Shown here piece by piece: positions 46,794 through 55,912 of a stretch of 64,000 nucleotides of DNA. The stretch is from Chitinophagales bacterium. Its GTDB lineage: Bacteria > Bacteroidota > Bacteroidia > Chitinophagales > Chitinophagaceae. The notes beneath the pieces were generated by a model that saw nothing but the letters and a program-made list of their open reading frames with translations, searched no databases and was not told where the DNA came from. Every line of letters starts with the position of its first letter. Position 1 is the stretch's first letter. The stretch spans positions 49,937-113,936 of the forward strand of contig JAIXLB010000027.1 of the NCBI GenBank assembly GCA_026931905.1. Direction: 5' to 3'. Position numbers and translations under genes: made by a program.

Positions 46794-47909
46794 ATGAAAT
46801 TTATAGTTTCATCAACAACTCTTTCAAAACATTTACAGCAAATTAGTGGCGTAATTGGTTCTAACACTGTAGTTGCAGTACTACAAGATTTTTTATTTGA
46901 AATAGAAGATAAAGAATTAAATGTTATTGCTACTGATTTAGAAACAGTTATGACAGTAAAAATTGATATTGAAAGTAAAGCCAGCGGAAAAATTTGTATT
47001 CCTGCAAAAGTATTATTGGATTACTTAAAAAATATTGCAGACCAACCCTTAACTTTTAACATTGATAAAAATTTTGGTGTAGAAATTACCAGCGATAATG
47101 GTAAGTATAAAGTAATGGGCGAAAACCCTGAAAGTTTTCCTAAAGCACCCGTTGCTGATGATACAACAAGTTTTTCAATGACAAGCACAGCTTTAGTAAC
47201 TGCTATTAATAAAACTTTATTTGCAGTTAGTACCGATGATATGCGACCTGCCATGACTGGTGTATTTTTTGAATTAACAACTGATGGAATGCAATGCGTT
47301 GCAACAGATGCACACAGATTGGTGCGTTATAAAAGAACAGATGTAAAACCTAATCTGGATGGTTCTTTCATTGTTCCTAAAAAACCATTGAATCTTTTAA
47401 AAAATGTTTTAACTGATAATGATGATGAAATAAACATCAGCTACAACACCAATCATTTATTTGTTAAACATGGCAGTATAGAAATGATTTGTAGATTGAT
47501 AGATGCAAGATTCCCTGATTACAAAGTAGTTATTCCTGCTGAAAACCCTTATCACTTAACAGTAAATAAAAGCGATTTTCAAAATGCTTTACGTCGTGTA
47601 AGTGTATTTAGTAATAAAAGCACTAATCAGGTAGTTTTAAATATTGCTGGTAGCGAATTACAAATGGCTACTCAAGATGTAGATTTTAATTTTGAAGGTA
47701 ACGAACGTATGAGTTGCCAATACAATGGAGAGGATATGCAAATTGCATTCAATGCTAAATTATTAATTGAAATGCTCAATGCTGCTGATACTGATGAGGT
47801 ACGTTTGGAACTAAGTACACCCAGCAAAGCTGGCTTAATTAAACCTTCTGAACAAGCAGATGGTGAAGATTTATTAATGTTAGTAATGCCTTTAATGCTT
47901 AATAACTAA
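46794..47909 (+). CDS. dnaN: DNA polymerase III beta subunit (sliding clamp)
   Basis: MKF.V....L...L......V.. N-terminus, three-domain length (371 aa), RLIDARFPDY motif and C-terminal LVMPLML. Confidence 0.92.
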   Translation: MKFIVSSTTLSKHLQQISGVIGSNTVVAVLQDFLFEIEDKELNVIATDLETVMTVKIDIESKASGKICIPAKVLLDYLKNIADQPLTFNIDKNFGVEITSDNGKYKVMGENPESFPKAPVADDTTSFSMTSTALVTAINKTLFAVSTDDMRPAMTGVFFELTTDGMQCVATDAHRLVRYKRTDVKPNLDGSFIVPKKPLNLLKNVLTDNDDEINISYNTNHLFVKHGSIEMICRLIDARFPDYKVVIPAENPYHLTVNKSDFQNALRRVSVFSNKSTNQVVLNIAGSELQMATQDVDFNFEGNERMSCQYNGEDMQIAFNAKLLIEMLNAADTDEVRLELSTPSKAGLIKPSEQADGEDLLMLVMPLMLNN

Positions 47910-47950
47910 TAAATACTATTAAATAATTTTTTAGAATATTCTGATATTAA

Positions 47951-47980
47951 AAAACCCCGAAATTTTCGGGGTTTTTATTT
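47951..47980. terminator. bidirectional rho-independent terminator
   Basis: AAAACCCCGAAATTTTCGGGGTTTT palindrome flanked by A-run and T-run, between the convergent dnaN and T9SS-cargo genes. Confidence 0.75.
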
Positions 47981-48001
47981 TATATTATTTCAAAATTGTA
48001 A

Positions 48002-49171
48002 TTATTGTTTTACAAATTGTACAGAGCTTCTTGTTCCATTATTTTCATATACCATAATATAGTTACCATTTAAAAGTTTAGTAACATCTACAGTTGTTTG
48101 TGTAGCACCTGGAACAACATTAATTACAGAAACTTTTCTACCATCTAAAGAAGTAATAGTAATACTTGCTTTTTCAGTAGCTTTATCATGCGATAAAGTT
48201 GTAGAATTTCTTACAGGATTAGGATACAAGTCTAATTTAACTGTTTGCTTGTTGTTAAGGCTTATTGTTTTGCTGTATTTGAAAGAACCATCTTTATCTG
48301 TCATTTTTAAACGATAGTAAGAAACACCAGAAAGTTCAGTTGTAAAGTTGTAATTATTTTCTGTACTGTTATTAGCTTTTACAAAACCAATGCTTGAAAA
48401 ATCTCTGTTGTTGGTACTTTTTTCAATATCAAAACCATCTACATTTATTTCATTAGTAGTAGCCCAAGTTAAATTTGCTTTACCATTTACTACCGAACCA
48501 GTAAAAGCATTTAATGTAAGTGGCATACCAGAAATACCGCCAATATATACATTATCTACTCTTGAAGTACCTCCTGTAGCAATTGCTGCACCATTAATTG
48601 CAGTGCTACCTGCTGCTACTGTAAATCTAATATAAATAAAAGCCTGATTATTTAATGCAGTAACACTTGATAAATCTAAAGTACGTGTAGAAATTGCTTT
48701 ATAAGAACCAGCAGACCAGCCATCATTTGTTATATCATAAATTGCACCTGCCCCTGGAGCATTGGTAAATGTTGTGCCATCTGTACTGTATTGTATTATA
48801 AAAGATTTAGGACCTGTATTGCTACCCATTTGATCCCAAACAAGACCAATATTACTATAACCTGTTGTAGATACTTTAAATTGCCAATAATCACCAGCAG
48901 CCCAACCAGTAGAACTTGCAGAATTTGAAGAACCATTTCCTGTTGGTGTTGTCCATGCAGAAGCAGCACTTGCATGTAAAGCAGAAAATTCTGAACCTGT
49001 TACTAAAGCACCAGAATCGGCAACTACAGAACCAACATCAACAGTAAAGCTATTTCCAGTTGCAGAAGTAAAATCTAATACTTCAAAATTCCATCTTGCA
49101 ATTACATCCTGTGCAAGTAGGCTTGTAGAAAAAAAGGTGAATAACAACGAAAGCGTAAATATTCTTTTCAT
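48002..49171 (-). CDS. secreted protein with T9SS C-terminal sorting domain, N-terminal domain of unknown function
   Basis: Signal peptide MKRIFTLSLLFTFFSTSLLAQ (ATG at 49171 preferred). The Ala/Gly/Ser/Thr-rich N-domain is followed by one FN3-like module (LTWATTNEINVDGFDIEKS) and a C-terminal LYPNPV...MVYENNGTRSSVQFVKQ Por tail. Confidence 0.75.
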   Translation of the reverse strand: MKRIFTLSLLFTFFSTSLLAQDVIARWNFEVLDFTSATGNSFTVDVGSVVADSGALVTGSEFSALHASAASAWTTPTGNGSSNSASSTGWAAGDYWQFKVSTTGYSNIGLVWDQMGSNTGPKSFIIQYSTDGTTFTNAPGAGAIYDITNDGWSAGSYKAISTRTLDLSSVTALNNQAFIYIRFTVAAGSTAINGAAIATGGTSRVDNVYIGGISGMPLTLNAFTGSVVNGKANLTWATTNEINVDGFDIEKSTNNRDFSSIGFVKANNSTENNYNFTTELSGVSYYRLKMTDKDGSFKYSKTISLNNKQTVKLDLYPNPVRNSTTLSHDKATEKASITITSLDGRKVSVINVVPGATQTTVDVTKLLNGNYIMVYENNGTRSSVQFVKQ

Positions 49172-49299
49172 AAAATTTATTTTAGTTGCCACAAAGTAAG
49201 TAAAAATTTTATACATATAAACACTTTTTTTTCAAAATTTAATACACATTCTGTTTTCAATGCTTTCAATTACTATCTTCATTGCTTTAAAGATGTGTA

Positions 49300-51777
49300 A
49301 TGAAGCTGTTACGTAATATAATTGTAATAATTTTTTATCTTTTCCCTGCTTTAGTTTATAGTCAAAAAAGTGCAACACTTACAGGCATTATAATTGATGA
49401 AGAACATAAACCTATAAATGGTGCAGCAATTGAAATAATTGGCAAACAAAAAGGTGCATTTAGCAACAGTACAGGTAATTTTAAAATTGAAATTGCTTCT
49501 AATAAGGTAGTAAGTTTAATTTTTTCGTTTACAGGATATGTTCGTGTACAAAAGAATTTTATTTTAAATACCGGAGAAACAGAATTTGTAACTATACTTT
49601 TAAAGAAGGATACCACCACACTTACAGAAGTAGAAGTAAAAGATGATAGAAGAAGAAGAGAAACAGGCTCTATACAAATTGACCCCTCTAAAACAAATGT
49701 AAATCCTTCGCCCATACAAGGTATTGAGCAATTAATAAAAATTTTTGTAGGAAGTAATAACGAATTAACCTCTCAATATTCTGTAAGAGGCGGTAGCTAC
49801 GATGAAAATTTAATTTATGTAAATGATTTTGAAGTTTTTCGTCCTTATTTAATTCGTAATGGACAACAAGAAGGTTTGAGTTTTATAAATCCTGAACTTA
49901 CGAGTGGTATTAAATTTTATAATGGAGGTTTTCAAAGTAAGTATGGCGATAAAATGAGTAGCGTATTGGATATTACTTATAAAAAACCTAAAAAGTTTGG
50001 AGGATCTGCTTATATAGGATTATTGGAACAGGGATTTCATATAGAAGGTTCATCATCAAAAAATAAATTTACTTATTTGGTTGGAGTAAGAAACAGAAGC
50101 AATAGGAATTTATTAAGCAGTCAAGATACCAAAGGAAATTATGTGCCATCTTCATCAGATATTCAAGCATTGCTTAATTACAAATTAAATGATAAGTGGC
50201 AGTTTGAAATATTTGGTAATGTTTCTGCAACAAAATTTACTTTAACACCAGAAGAAAGCAAATTATCAAGCTCAGTGTTTTCGCCTTTTTATACAGCTAA
50301 TTTTGGCTTAGATATTTTCTTTGATGGTAAAGAAAAAGATGCTTATACTACTAATTTTATTGGCGTTTCAGCAACACATCAACCTCGAAAAAAAATAAAA
50401 TTAAAATGGATGTTGAGTCGTTTTAATAACAATGAAAAAGAAAATATTGATATTTCGGGAGCATATCTTTTTGGCGACAGAGATTTTGATAAAGGCAGCA
50501 GTTCGTATGGTTTAATTAGCAATCCTTTGGGTGCTGGTCTTTTTCAAAATTATGCCAGAAACACTTTAAACATTAGTGTTTGGGATGCAGGCCATAAAGG
50601 AAGTTGGGATAATGGAAAACATTTTTTTCAATGGGGGGGTAATATTCAAAGACAGTACATTGATGATAAACTAAATGAATGGGAATACAATGATAGTGCA
50701 GGTTATGCTTTACCTTACACAAGCACTATGCTTCAATTGAATAAAGTATTAAAAGGCAATGCTAATTTCAATGTTACAAGAGTAAGTGGCTATTTTCAGG
50801 ATAATATACAATTTAAAAACGCTACTGATTTTACAATGCAAGTTGGTGTGCGTTTTAATTACAACGATTTGAATAAGGAATTTTTATTATCGCCCAGAAT
50901 TAGTTTTTCTTTTATTCCAAAAAATAAAAAAGATTTAGTAATAAAAGCTGCAGTTGGTGCTTATCATCAACCACCTTTTTATAGAGAACTGAGGCGATAC
51001 GATGGCACTTTAAACAAGGATTTAAAAGCACAAAAAAGCTATCAAATAAGTGGAGGTTTTGATTATAATTTTACAATGTTTCAACGACCAGCAAGAATTA
51101 CAACTGAAGCTTATTACAAATACATGTACGATGTAGTGCCTTATGATATAGACAATGTGAGAGTAAGGTATTTTGGAGAAAACGAAGCCAAAGCTTTTGC
51201 TGCAGGCATTGAAACAAGATTGTATGGCGAATTGGTAAAAGATGCTGAAAGCTGGATAAGTTTTGGCATCATGAAAAGCAAAGAAAATTTAGAAAATGCT
51301 ACCTATCAACAATATATTTTGGACAACAATAATAAAGTGATTGATAGTGTTACAAAAAGTGTTGGTTGGGTAAGAAGACCAACAGATAGACTCATTACTT
51401 TTGGCATGTTTTTTCAAGATTATTTGAGTACAAATAAAAATTTTAAATTTTACATGAATGCTTTGTATGGCAGTAATTTGCCTTACAATATACCTGGAAG
51501 TGTTCGCTACAGAAATGCTTTAATTATTGAGCCTTATATACGTGTAGATATTGGTTTAAGTGCATTATTATTACAACCAGAAAAACAAAACAGAAGGAGT
51601 TACAGCCCTTTCAGAAATTTTGAAAGTATATGGGCAAGTCTTGAAGTTTTTAATTTAATAGACCGCCCTAACACTATTAGTTATTTATTAATTAAAGATT
51701 ATCAAAACAACACTTTTGCAATGCCTAACAGGCTTACACCTCGTTTAATAAATTTAAAGTTAGTAGCTAAATGGTAA
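49300..51777 (+). CDS. TonB-dependent receptor with N-terminal carboxypeptidase-regulatory-like domain
   Basis: Signal peptide, CarbopepD_reg-like TLTGIIIDEEHKPINGAAIEIIG, a plug region and a long beta-barrel ending in an aromatic residue (LVAKW). Confidence 0.82.
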   Translation: MKLLRNIIVIIFYLFPALVYSQKSATLTGIIIDEEHKPINGAAIEIIGKQKGAFSNSTGNFKIEIASNKVVSLIFSFTGYVRVQKNFILNTGETEFVTILLKKDTTTLTEVEVKDDRRRRETGSIQIDPSKTNVNPSPIQGIEQLIKIFVGSNNELTSQYSVRGGSYDENLIYVNDFEVFRPYLIRNGQQEGLSFINPELTSGIKFYNGGFQSKYGDKMSSVLDITYKKPKKFGGSAYIGLLEQGFHIEGSSSKNKFTYLVGVRNRSNRNLLSSQDTKGNYVPSSSDIQALLNYKLNDKWQFEIFGNVSATKFTLTPEESKLSSSVFSPFYTANFGLDIFFDGKEKDAYTTNFIGVSATHQPRKKIKLKWMLSRFNNNEKENIDISGAYLFGDRDFDKGSSSYGLISNPLGAGLFQNYARNTLNISVWDAGHKGSWDNGKHFFQWGGNIQRQYIDDKLNEWEYNDSAGYALPYTSTMLQLNKVLKGNANFNVTRVSGYFQDNIQFKNATDFTMQVGVRFNYNDLNKEFLLSPRISFSFIPKNKKDLVIKAAVGAYHQPPFYRELRRYDGTLNKDLKAQKSYQISGGFDYNFTMFQRPARITTEAYYKYMYDVVPYDIDNVRVRYFGENEAKAFAAGIETRLYGELVKDAESWISFGIMKSKENLENATYQQYILDNNNKVIDSVTKSVGWVRRPTDRLITFGMFFQDYLSTNKNFKFYMNALYGSNLPYNIPGSVRYRNALIIEPYIRVDIGLSALLLQPEKQNRRSYSPFRNFESIWASLEVFNLIDRPNTISYLLIKDYQNNTFAMPNRLTPRLINLKLVAKW

Positions 51778-51780
51778 GTT

Positions 51781-52932
51781 TTATAAATAACTAAGCCACC
51801 AATCTTTTCTTTTTGCTTTTAATTTCATGTACCAGTTGCAAGGAAAATATAATGCTACAACAATTATTATCCATGCAAGATAAACGCCACTTAATCCAAA
51901 GCCCCCATGTGTATCTTGATTATTAAAAGTATTGCTTGCTTGTACATCTATGAGCCAAGCAACAACTATTGCAGAAGCATGAATTACTATGATATGTAAA
52001 ATGTAATAAAAGAAAGGCACTTTGCCATATACTTTAATTTTATCAAAGATTTTATTTTCACTTTTTTCTAAATAGGCTAAAGTAAAAATTGAAATTCCTA
52101 AGGTTATTAATAAATAAAGTAATGAAGGAGGATATTTACTACAGTTAATGAAAGATAAAACAGTTTTATACCATTCATTTTGATGTGTCCATTTATTCAA
52201 ATCGCCATAAACATTGTTGTACCTAATAACAAAAAAGAGTATTATACATGTTATGCCAATTATTTTTAAAATTCTTTTTCTTTTGATGGAATCTAATTTA
52301 TATAAAGTGCCAAACCAATATCCAGCAGCCATTACACCTATCCATGGAATAATAGGATACATAATTCCTAAGAATCTATTTTTACCAATAGGCGTAAAAT
52401 ATTGTTCATGTAAAAAAGCCCAAAGTAATTTATAATTCCCAAAATCTTCTGCATGAAAATTATCAAAAGCATTGTGAGTGGTTATTATTAAAATGCCAAT
52501 TAAACCTACATAAACTGGTTTAAGAAAAACCAATGCAGCTAAGAAAATCATGCTCCAACCAATAGCCCAAATAACTTGTACACCAATGAAAGAATAGGAA
52601 AAATCAAAACTCCATGCAAAATTTATAATCGTTAATTCAATAAATATGAGCCATAAACCTCTTGTAAATAAAAACGTTGCTGCTTGCTTTTTTGTTTTTC
52701 CTTTAGATAAGTATAAGAATGCACTTGTGCCTGCTAAAAAAACAAAAACAGGTGCGCAGAAATGGGTTATCCATCTTGTAAAAAAAAGTAGTACAGTAGT
52801 TTTTTCTATATCCAAAGCATCAATAGTAGCATTAGAATAAAAATCTCTTGTATGGTCCAATGCCATTATTATCATAACCAAGCCTCGTAAAATATCAATA
52901 GATTTTATTCTGGTATTTGATATTGCTTGCAT
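51781..52932 (-). CDS. DUF1624 / heparan-alpha-glucosaminide N-acetyltransferase-like polytopic membrane protein
   Basis: N-terminal motif RIKSIDILRGLVMIIMALDHTRD and about 10 TM helices. Confidence 0.65.
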   Translation of the reverse strand: MQAISNTRIKSIDILRGLVMIIMALDHTRDFYSNATIDALDIEKTTVLLFFTRWITHFCAPVFVFLAGTSAFLYLSKGKTKKQAATFLFTRGLWLIFIELTIINFAWSFDFSYSFIGVQVIWAIGWSMIFLAALVFLKPVYVGLIGILIITTHNAFDNFHAEDFGNYKLLWAFLHEQYFTPIGKNRFLGIMYPIIPWIGVMAAGYWFGTLYKLDSIKRKRILKIIGITCIILFFVIRYNNVYGDLNKWTHQNEWYKTVLSFINCSKYPPSLLYLLITLGISIFTLAYLEKSENKIFDKIKVYGKVPFFYYILHIIVIHASAIVVAWLIDVQASNTFNNQDTHGGFGLSGVYLAWIIIVVALYFPCNWYMKLKAKRKDWWLSYL

Positions 52933-52994
52933 AGCTCGTGTATTCTAATTTATATAAAAATATAAACCAGCTAAAAACAAATAAAAAAGTTTAT

Positions 52995-54002
52995 TTAAGT
53001 GGTAGGCGGCTTATTTAAAATTTTCCATAATTCATCTTTTAAAGTTGTTAAGCCTGTTTGTGTTATAGATGAAATAAATAAGTGTGGAATATTTGGGGGC
53101 AATTCTATGCTAATTTCTTTTTTCAGTTCTTCGTCCAACATATCTGATTTACTGATAGCAATTAAAAAATCTTTTTGTAATAAATCGGGGTTGTATTCTT
53201 TTAATTCGTTCAGTAAAATTTCAAATTCTCTTTTATGATTTTCGCTATCTGCAGGAATTACAAAAAGCAAACAACTGTTTCTCTCAATGTGTCTTAAAAA
53301 TCTGTGTCCAAGCCCTTTGCCTTCTGCAGCACCTTCAATAATTCCTGGTAAATCTGCCATACAAAAACTTTTCCCATCTCTATATTCCACAATACCTAAT
53401 TGTGGTTTTAACGTTGTAAAAGCATAGTTAGCAATTTTTGGTTTTGCTGCTGTTATAACGCTTAATAAAGTTGATTTACCAGCATTGGGAAAACCCACCA
53501 AACCTACATCTGCCAATACTTTTAGTTCTAATTGTTTCCAGCCTTCAATACCTTCTTCGCCAGGTTGTGCATGTTCAGGAACTTGATTGGTAGGTGTTGC
53601 AAAATGTTGATTGCCTAAACCTCCTCTACCTCCATACATCCAAATTACTTCTTGTTTGTCTTCTAAAATTTCTACTTCAGTTTTTCCTGTTTCATCGTCT
53701 TTGGCTATTGTTCCTAAAGGCACTTCAATTATAATATCATCACCATCTTTACCTGTACAATTATTTTTACTTCCATTTTCTCCGTTTTGTGCTAATACAT
53801 TTTTGTAATAACGTAAATGCAGCAAAGTCCAAAGTTGTGCATTACCTCTTAAAATAATATGACCTCCACGACCTCCATCTCCTCCATCTGGTCCTCCTTT
53901 TGCTGTTAATTTATTGCGTAAAAAATGTTTTGCTCCAGAGCCGCCATGCCCACTTTTACAAAATATTCTTATGTAATCTATAAAGTTGTTTTTTTCTGAC
54001 AC
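52995..54002 (-). CDS. obg: GTPase Obg/CgtA
   Basis: Gly-rich Obg fold [12 protein letters not shown] and the G-domain motifs [13 protein letters not shown] and SKSD. The start appears to be GTG. Confidence 0.9.
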   Translation of the reverse strand: MSEKNNFIDYIRIFCKSGHGGSGAKHFLRNKLTAKGGPDGGDGGRGGHIILRGNAQLWTLLHLRYYKNVLAQNGENGSKNNCTGKDGDDIIIEVPLGTIAKDDETGKTEVEILEDKQEVIWMYGGRGGLGNQHFATPTNQVPEHAQPGEEGIEGWKQLELKVLADVGLVGFPNAGKSTLLSVITAAKPKIANYAFTTLKPQLGIVEYRDGKSFCMADLPGIIEGAAEGKGLGHRFLRHIERNSCLLFVIPADSENHKREFEILLNELKEYNPDLLQKDFLIAISKSDMLDEELKKEISIELPPNIPHLFISSITQTGLTTLKDELWKILNKPPTT

Positions 54003-54030
54003 TTAAAATGTATTACTGATTTGAAAATGC

Positions 54031-54038
54031 AAATTTAA
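54031..54038 (-). promoter_or_regulatory. -7 box TAAATTTG (minus strand) for obg
   Basis: Plus strand CAAATTTA, about 27 nt upstream of the obg start. Confidence 0.35.
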
Positions 54039-54086
54039 TTTATTTGTAATCCTAAATTGTTTTTATAAAATGATTTTATAAATAAA

Positions 54087-54110
54087 AAGCGTAGCTAAAA
54101 AACTACGCTT
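54087..54110 (-). terminator. rho-independent terminator after the E2 gene
   Basis: Stem AAGCGTAG/CTACGCTT with an 8-nt loop, followed by TTTTATTT on the minus strand. Confidence 0.55.
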
Positions 54111-54137
54111 GTATAAAAAATATTTTTTAAAAATGTA

Positions 54138-55790
54138 TTACAACATCATTCTTAGTGGTTCTTCTAAAAATGATTGTAAGGTTTGTAAAAATGCTGCACC
54201 TGTAGCACCATCTACTGATCTATGATCGCAACTTAAAGTTACTTTCATAATATTACCTACAACAATAGCTCCATTTTTTACAATAGGCTCTTGAGAAATG
54301 CCACCTACTGCTAAAATACAAGAATCTGGCGGATTAATAATTGCTGTAAATTCATCTATGCCAAACATGCCTAAGTTGCTAATGGTAAAAGTGTTTCCTT
54401 CCCAATCGCTTGGTTGTAATTTTTTGTCTTTTGCTTTTTGTGCATAGTCTTTTACCTGAGCAGAAATTTGAGAAAAACTTAGCGTATCTGCATAACGCAC
54501 AACAGGCACTAACAAACCATCTTCTACTGCTACAGCAACTCCAATATTTATGTGATGATTAAAACGAATTTTATCGCCTAACCAACTGCTGTTTACTTTG
54601 GGGTGTTGTTTTAAAGCCATAGCTGTTGCTTTTAAAACAATATCGTTAAAGCTAATTTTTGTTTTTCCATCTGCATTTAATTTGGTTCTTGCTTCAACAG
54701 CAGCATCCATATTTATACGCATGGTTAAGTAAAAATGGGGCGAACCAAATTTGCTTTCACTTAATCTTCTTGCTATTGTTTTACGCATTTGACTTACTGG
54801 TACATCTTCAAAACTTTCTACTCCAGGTGCTACAAATGGCTGAACATTAGCTGTGGTGCTGGTTGCAATAGTTTGTGTTGTAGTTGATGCAGCAGGAACA
54901 TAGTTATCTATATCAGTTTTTACTATTCTTCCATTTTCGCCAGAGCCTTGCACATATCTTAAATCTATTCCTTTATCTGCTGCTAATTTTTTTGCTAATG
55001 GAGATGCAAAAATTCTTCCTTCATTTACAATAGTTGCAGAAGCAGTTGTTGGTGCTGCTGTTGATTGAACAGCACTACTATTTTCTGTTGTAGTAATTTG
55101 CTCTACAGTTGTTGTAACAGATGAGGTAGAAGTATTTTTTACAGCAGCAACAATTGCATCTACATCTGTCCCTTCAGGTCCTATGATGCACAACAAATCG
55201 TTTACTAAAATTTTTTCTCCTGCTTTGGCTCCTTTATACAATAAAATTCCGTCTTTATAGCTTTCCAATTCCATGGTAGCTTTATCGGTTTCTATTTCTG
55301 CAATTACATCTCCTTTCTTAACAGGTTCGCCAATATTTTTTTGCCAACTTGCAATTACACCTTCTGTCATGGTATCACTTAATCTTGGCATTAATACAGC
55401 TTCATCAATGTTTACTGTTGTTGTATTTGATGTTGATGTTGTAGGTGTATTAGATACAGCCTCTTCAGATTTTGTGGGTTGTATTACAGTTGTAGATTTT
55501 GGAGAATTTGAACTTCCGCTATGTTGAGCAATTAATGTACTAATATCTTCGTTTGGCGTTCCTAAAATTGCCAATAAATCATTTACTTGTAATTTGCCTC
55601 CATTTTGCGTACCAATATGCAATAAAGTTCCTTGCTGATAACTTTCTAATTCCATAGTAGCTTTATCAGTTTCTATTTCTGCAAGCACATCTCCTTTGTT
55701 TACCATTTCACCTATTTTTTTATGCCAACTTGCAATTACACCTTCTGTCATGGTATCACTAAGGCGAGGCATTAAAATAACTTCTGCCAT
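54138..55790 (-). CDS. 2-oxo acid (pyruvate) dehydrogenase E2, dihydrolipoyllysine acetyltransferase with two lipoyl domains
   Basis: Two lipoyl domains (EIETDKATMELES twice), Thr/Ser/Ala linkers, an E3-binding domain (ASPLAKKLA) and the catalytic DHRSVDG. Confidence 0.9.
   Translation of the reverse strand: MAEVILMPRLSDTMTEGVIASWHKKIGEMVNKGDVLAEIETDKATMELESYQQGTLLHIGTQNGGKLQVNDLLAILGTPNEDISTLIAQHSGSSNSPKSTTVIQPTKSEEAVSNTPTTSTSNTTTVNIDEAVLMPRLSDTMTEGVIASWQKNIGEPVKKGDVIAEIETDKATMELESYKDGILLYKGAKAGEKILVNDLLCIIGPEGTDVDAIVAAVKNTSTSSVTTTVEQITTTENSSAVQSTAAPTTASATIVNEGRIFASPLAKKLAADKGIDLRYVQGSGENGRIVKTDIDNYVPAASTTTQTIATSTTANVQPFVAPGVESFEDVPVSQMRKTIARRLSESKFGSPHFYLTMRINMDAAVEARTKLNADGKTKISFNDIVLKATAMALKQHPKVNSSWLGDKIRFNHHINIGVAVAVEDGLLVPVVRYADTLSFSQISAQVKDYAQKAKDKKLQPSDWEGNTFTISNLGMFGIDEFTAIINPPDSCILAVGGISQEPIVKNGAIVVGNIMKVTLSCDHRSVDGATGAAFLQTLQSFLEEPLRMML
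55343..55379. repeat. 37-nt perfect intragenic direct repeat, copy 1 (lipoyl domain 2)
   Basis: GCCAACTTGCAATTACACCTTCTGTCATGGTATCACT, identical to 55724-55760. Confidence 0.85.
55724..55760. repeat. 37-nt perfect intragenic direct repeat, copy 2 (lipoyl domain 1)
   Basis: Identical to 55343-55379. The flanks are also highly similar. Confidence 0.85.
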
Positions 55791-55912
55791 AATATTATTT
55801 GTTACTCTTTTTTACATTTTTGAGCCGTGAAAATACAGCAAATTAAAATTTTGACAAGTATTCGTGTTGTTTTTATTATTTATACTTGTTTTTCTTTCAA
55901 CAATTAATTGTT

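Noticed and set aside
53935-54005. Apparent +1 frame discontinuity (an extra G near 53940) between the first 21 codons of obg and the rest in my hand translation.
   Set aside because: It conflicts with the continuous 335-aa ORF in the track, and the biologically sensible Obg N-terminus ([11 protein letters not shown]) requires continuity. I treat it as a reading artefact at a line break; a machine translation of 52995-54002 would confirm this.
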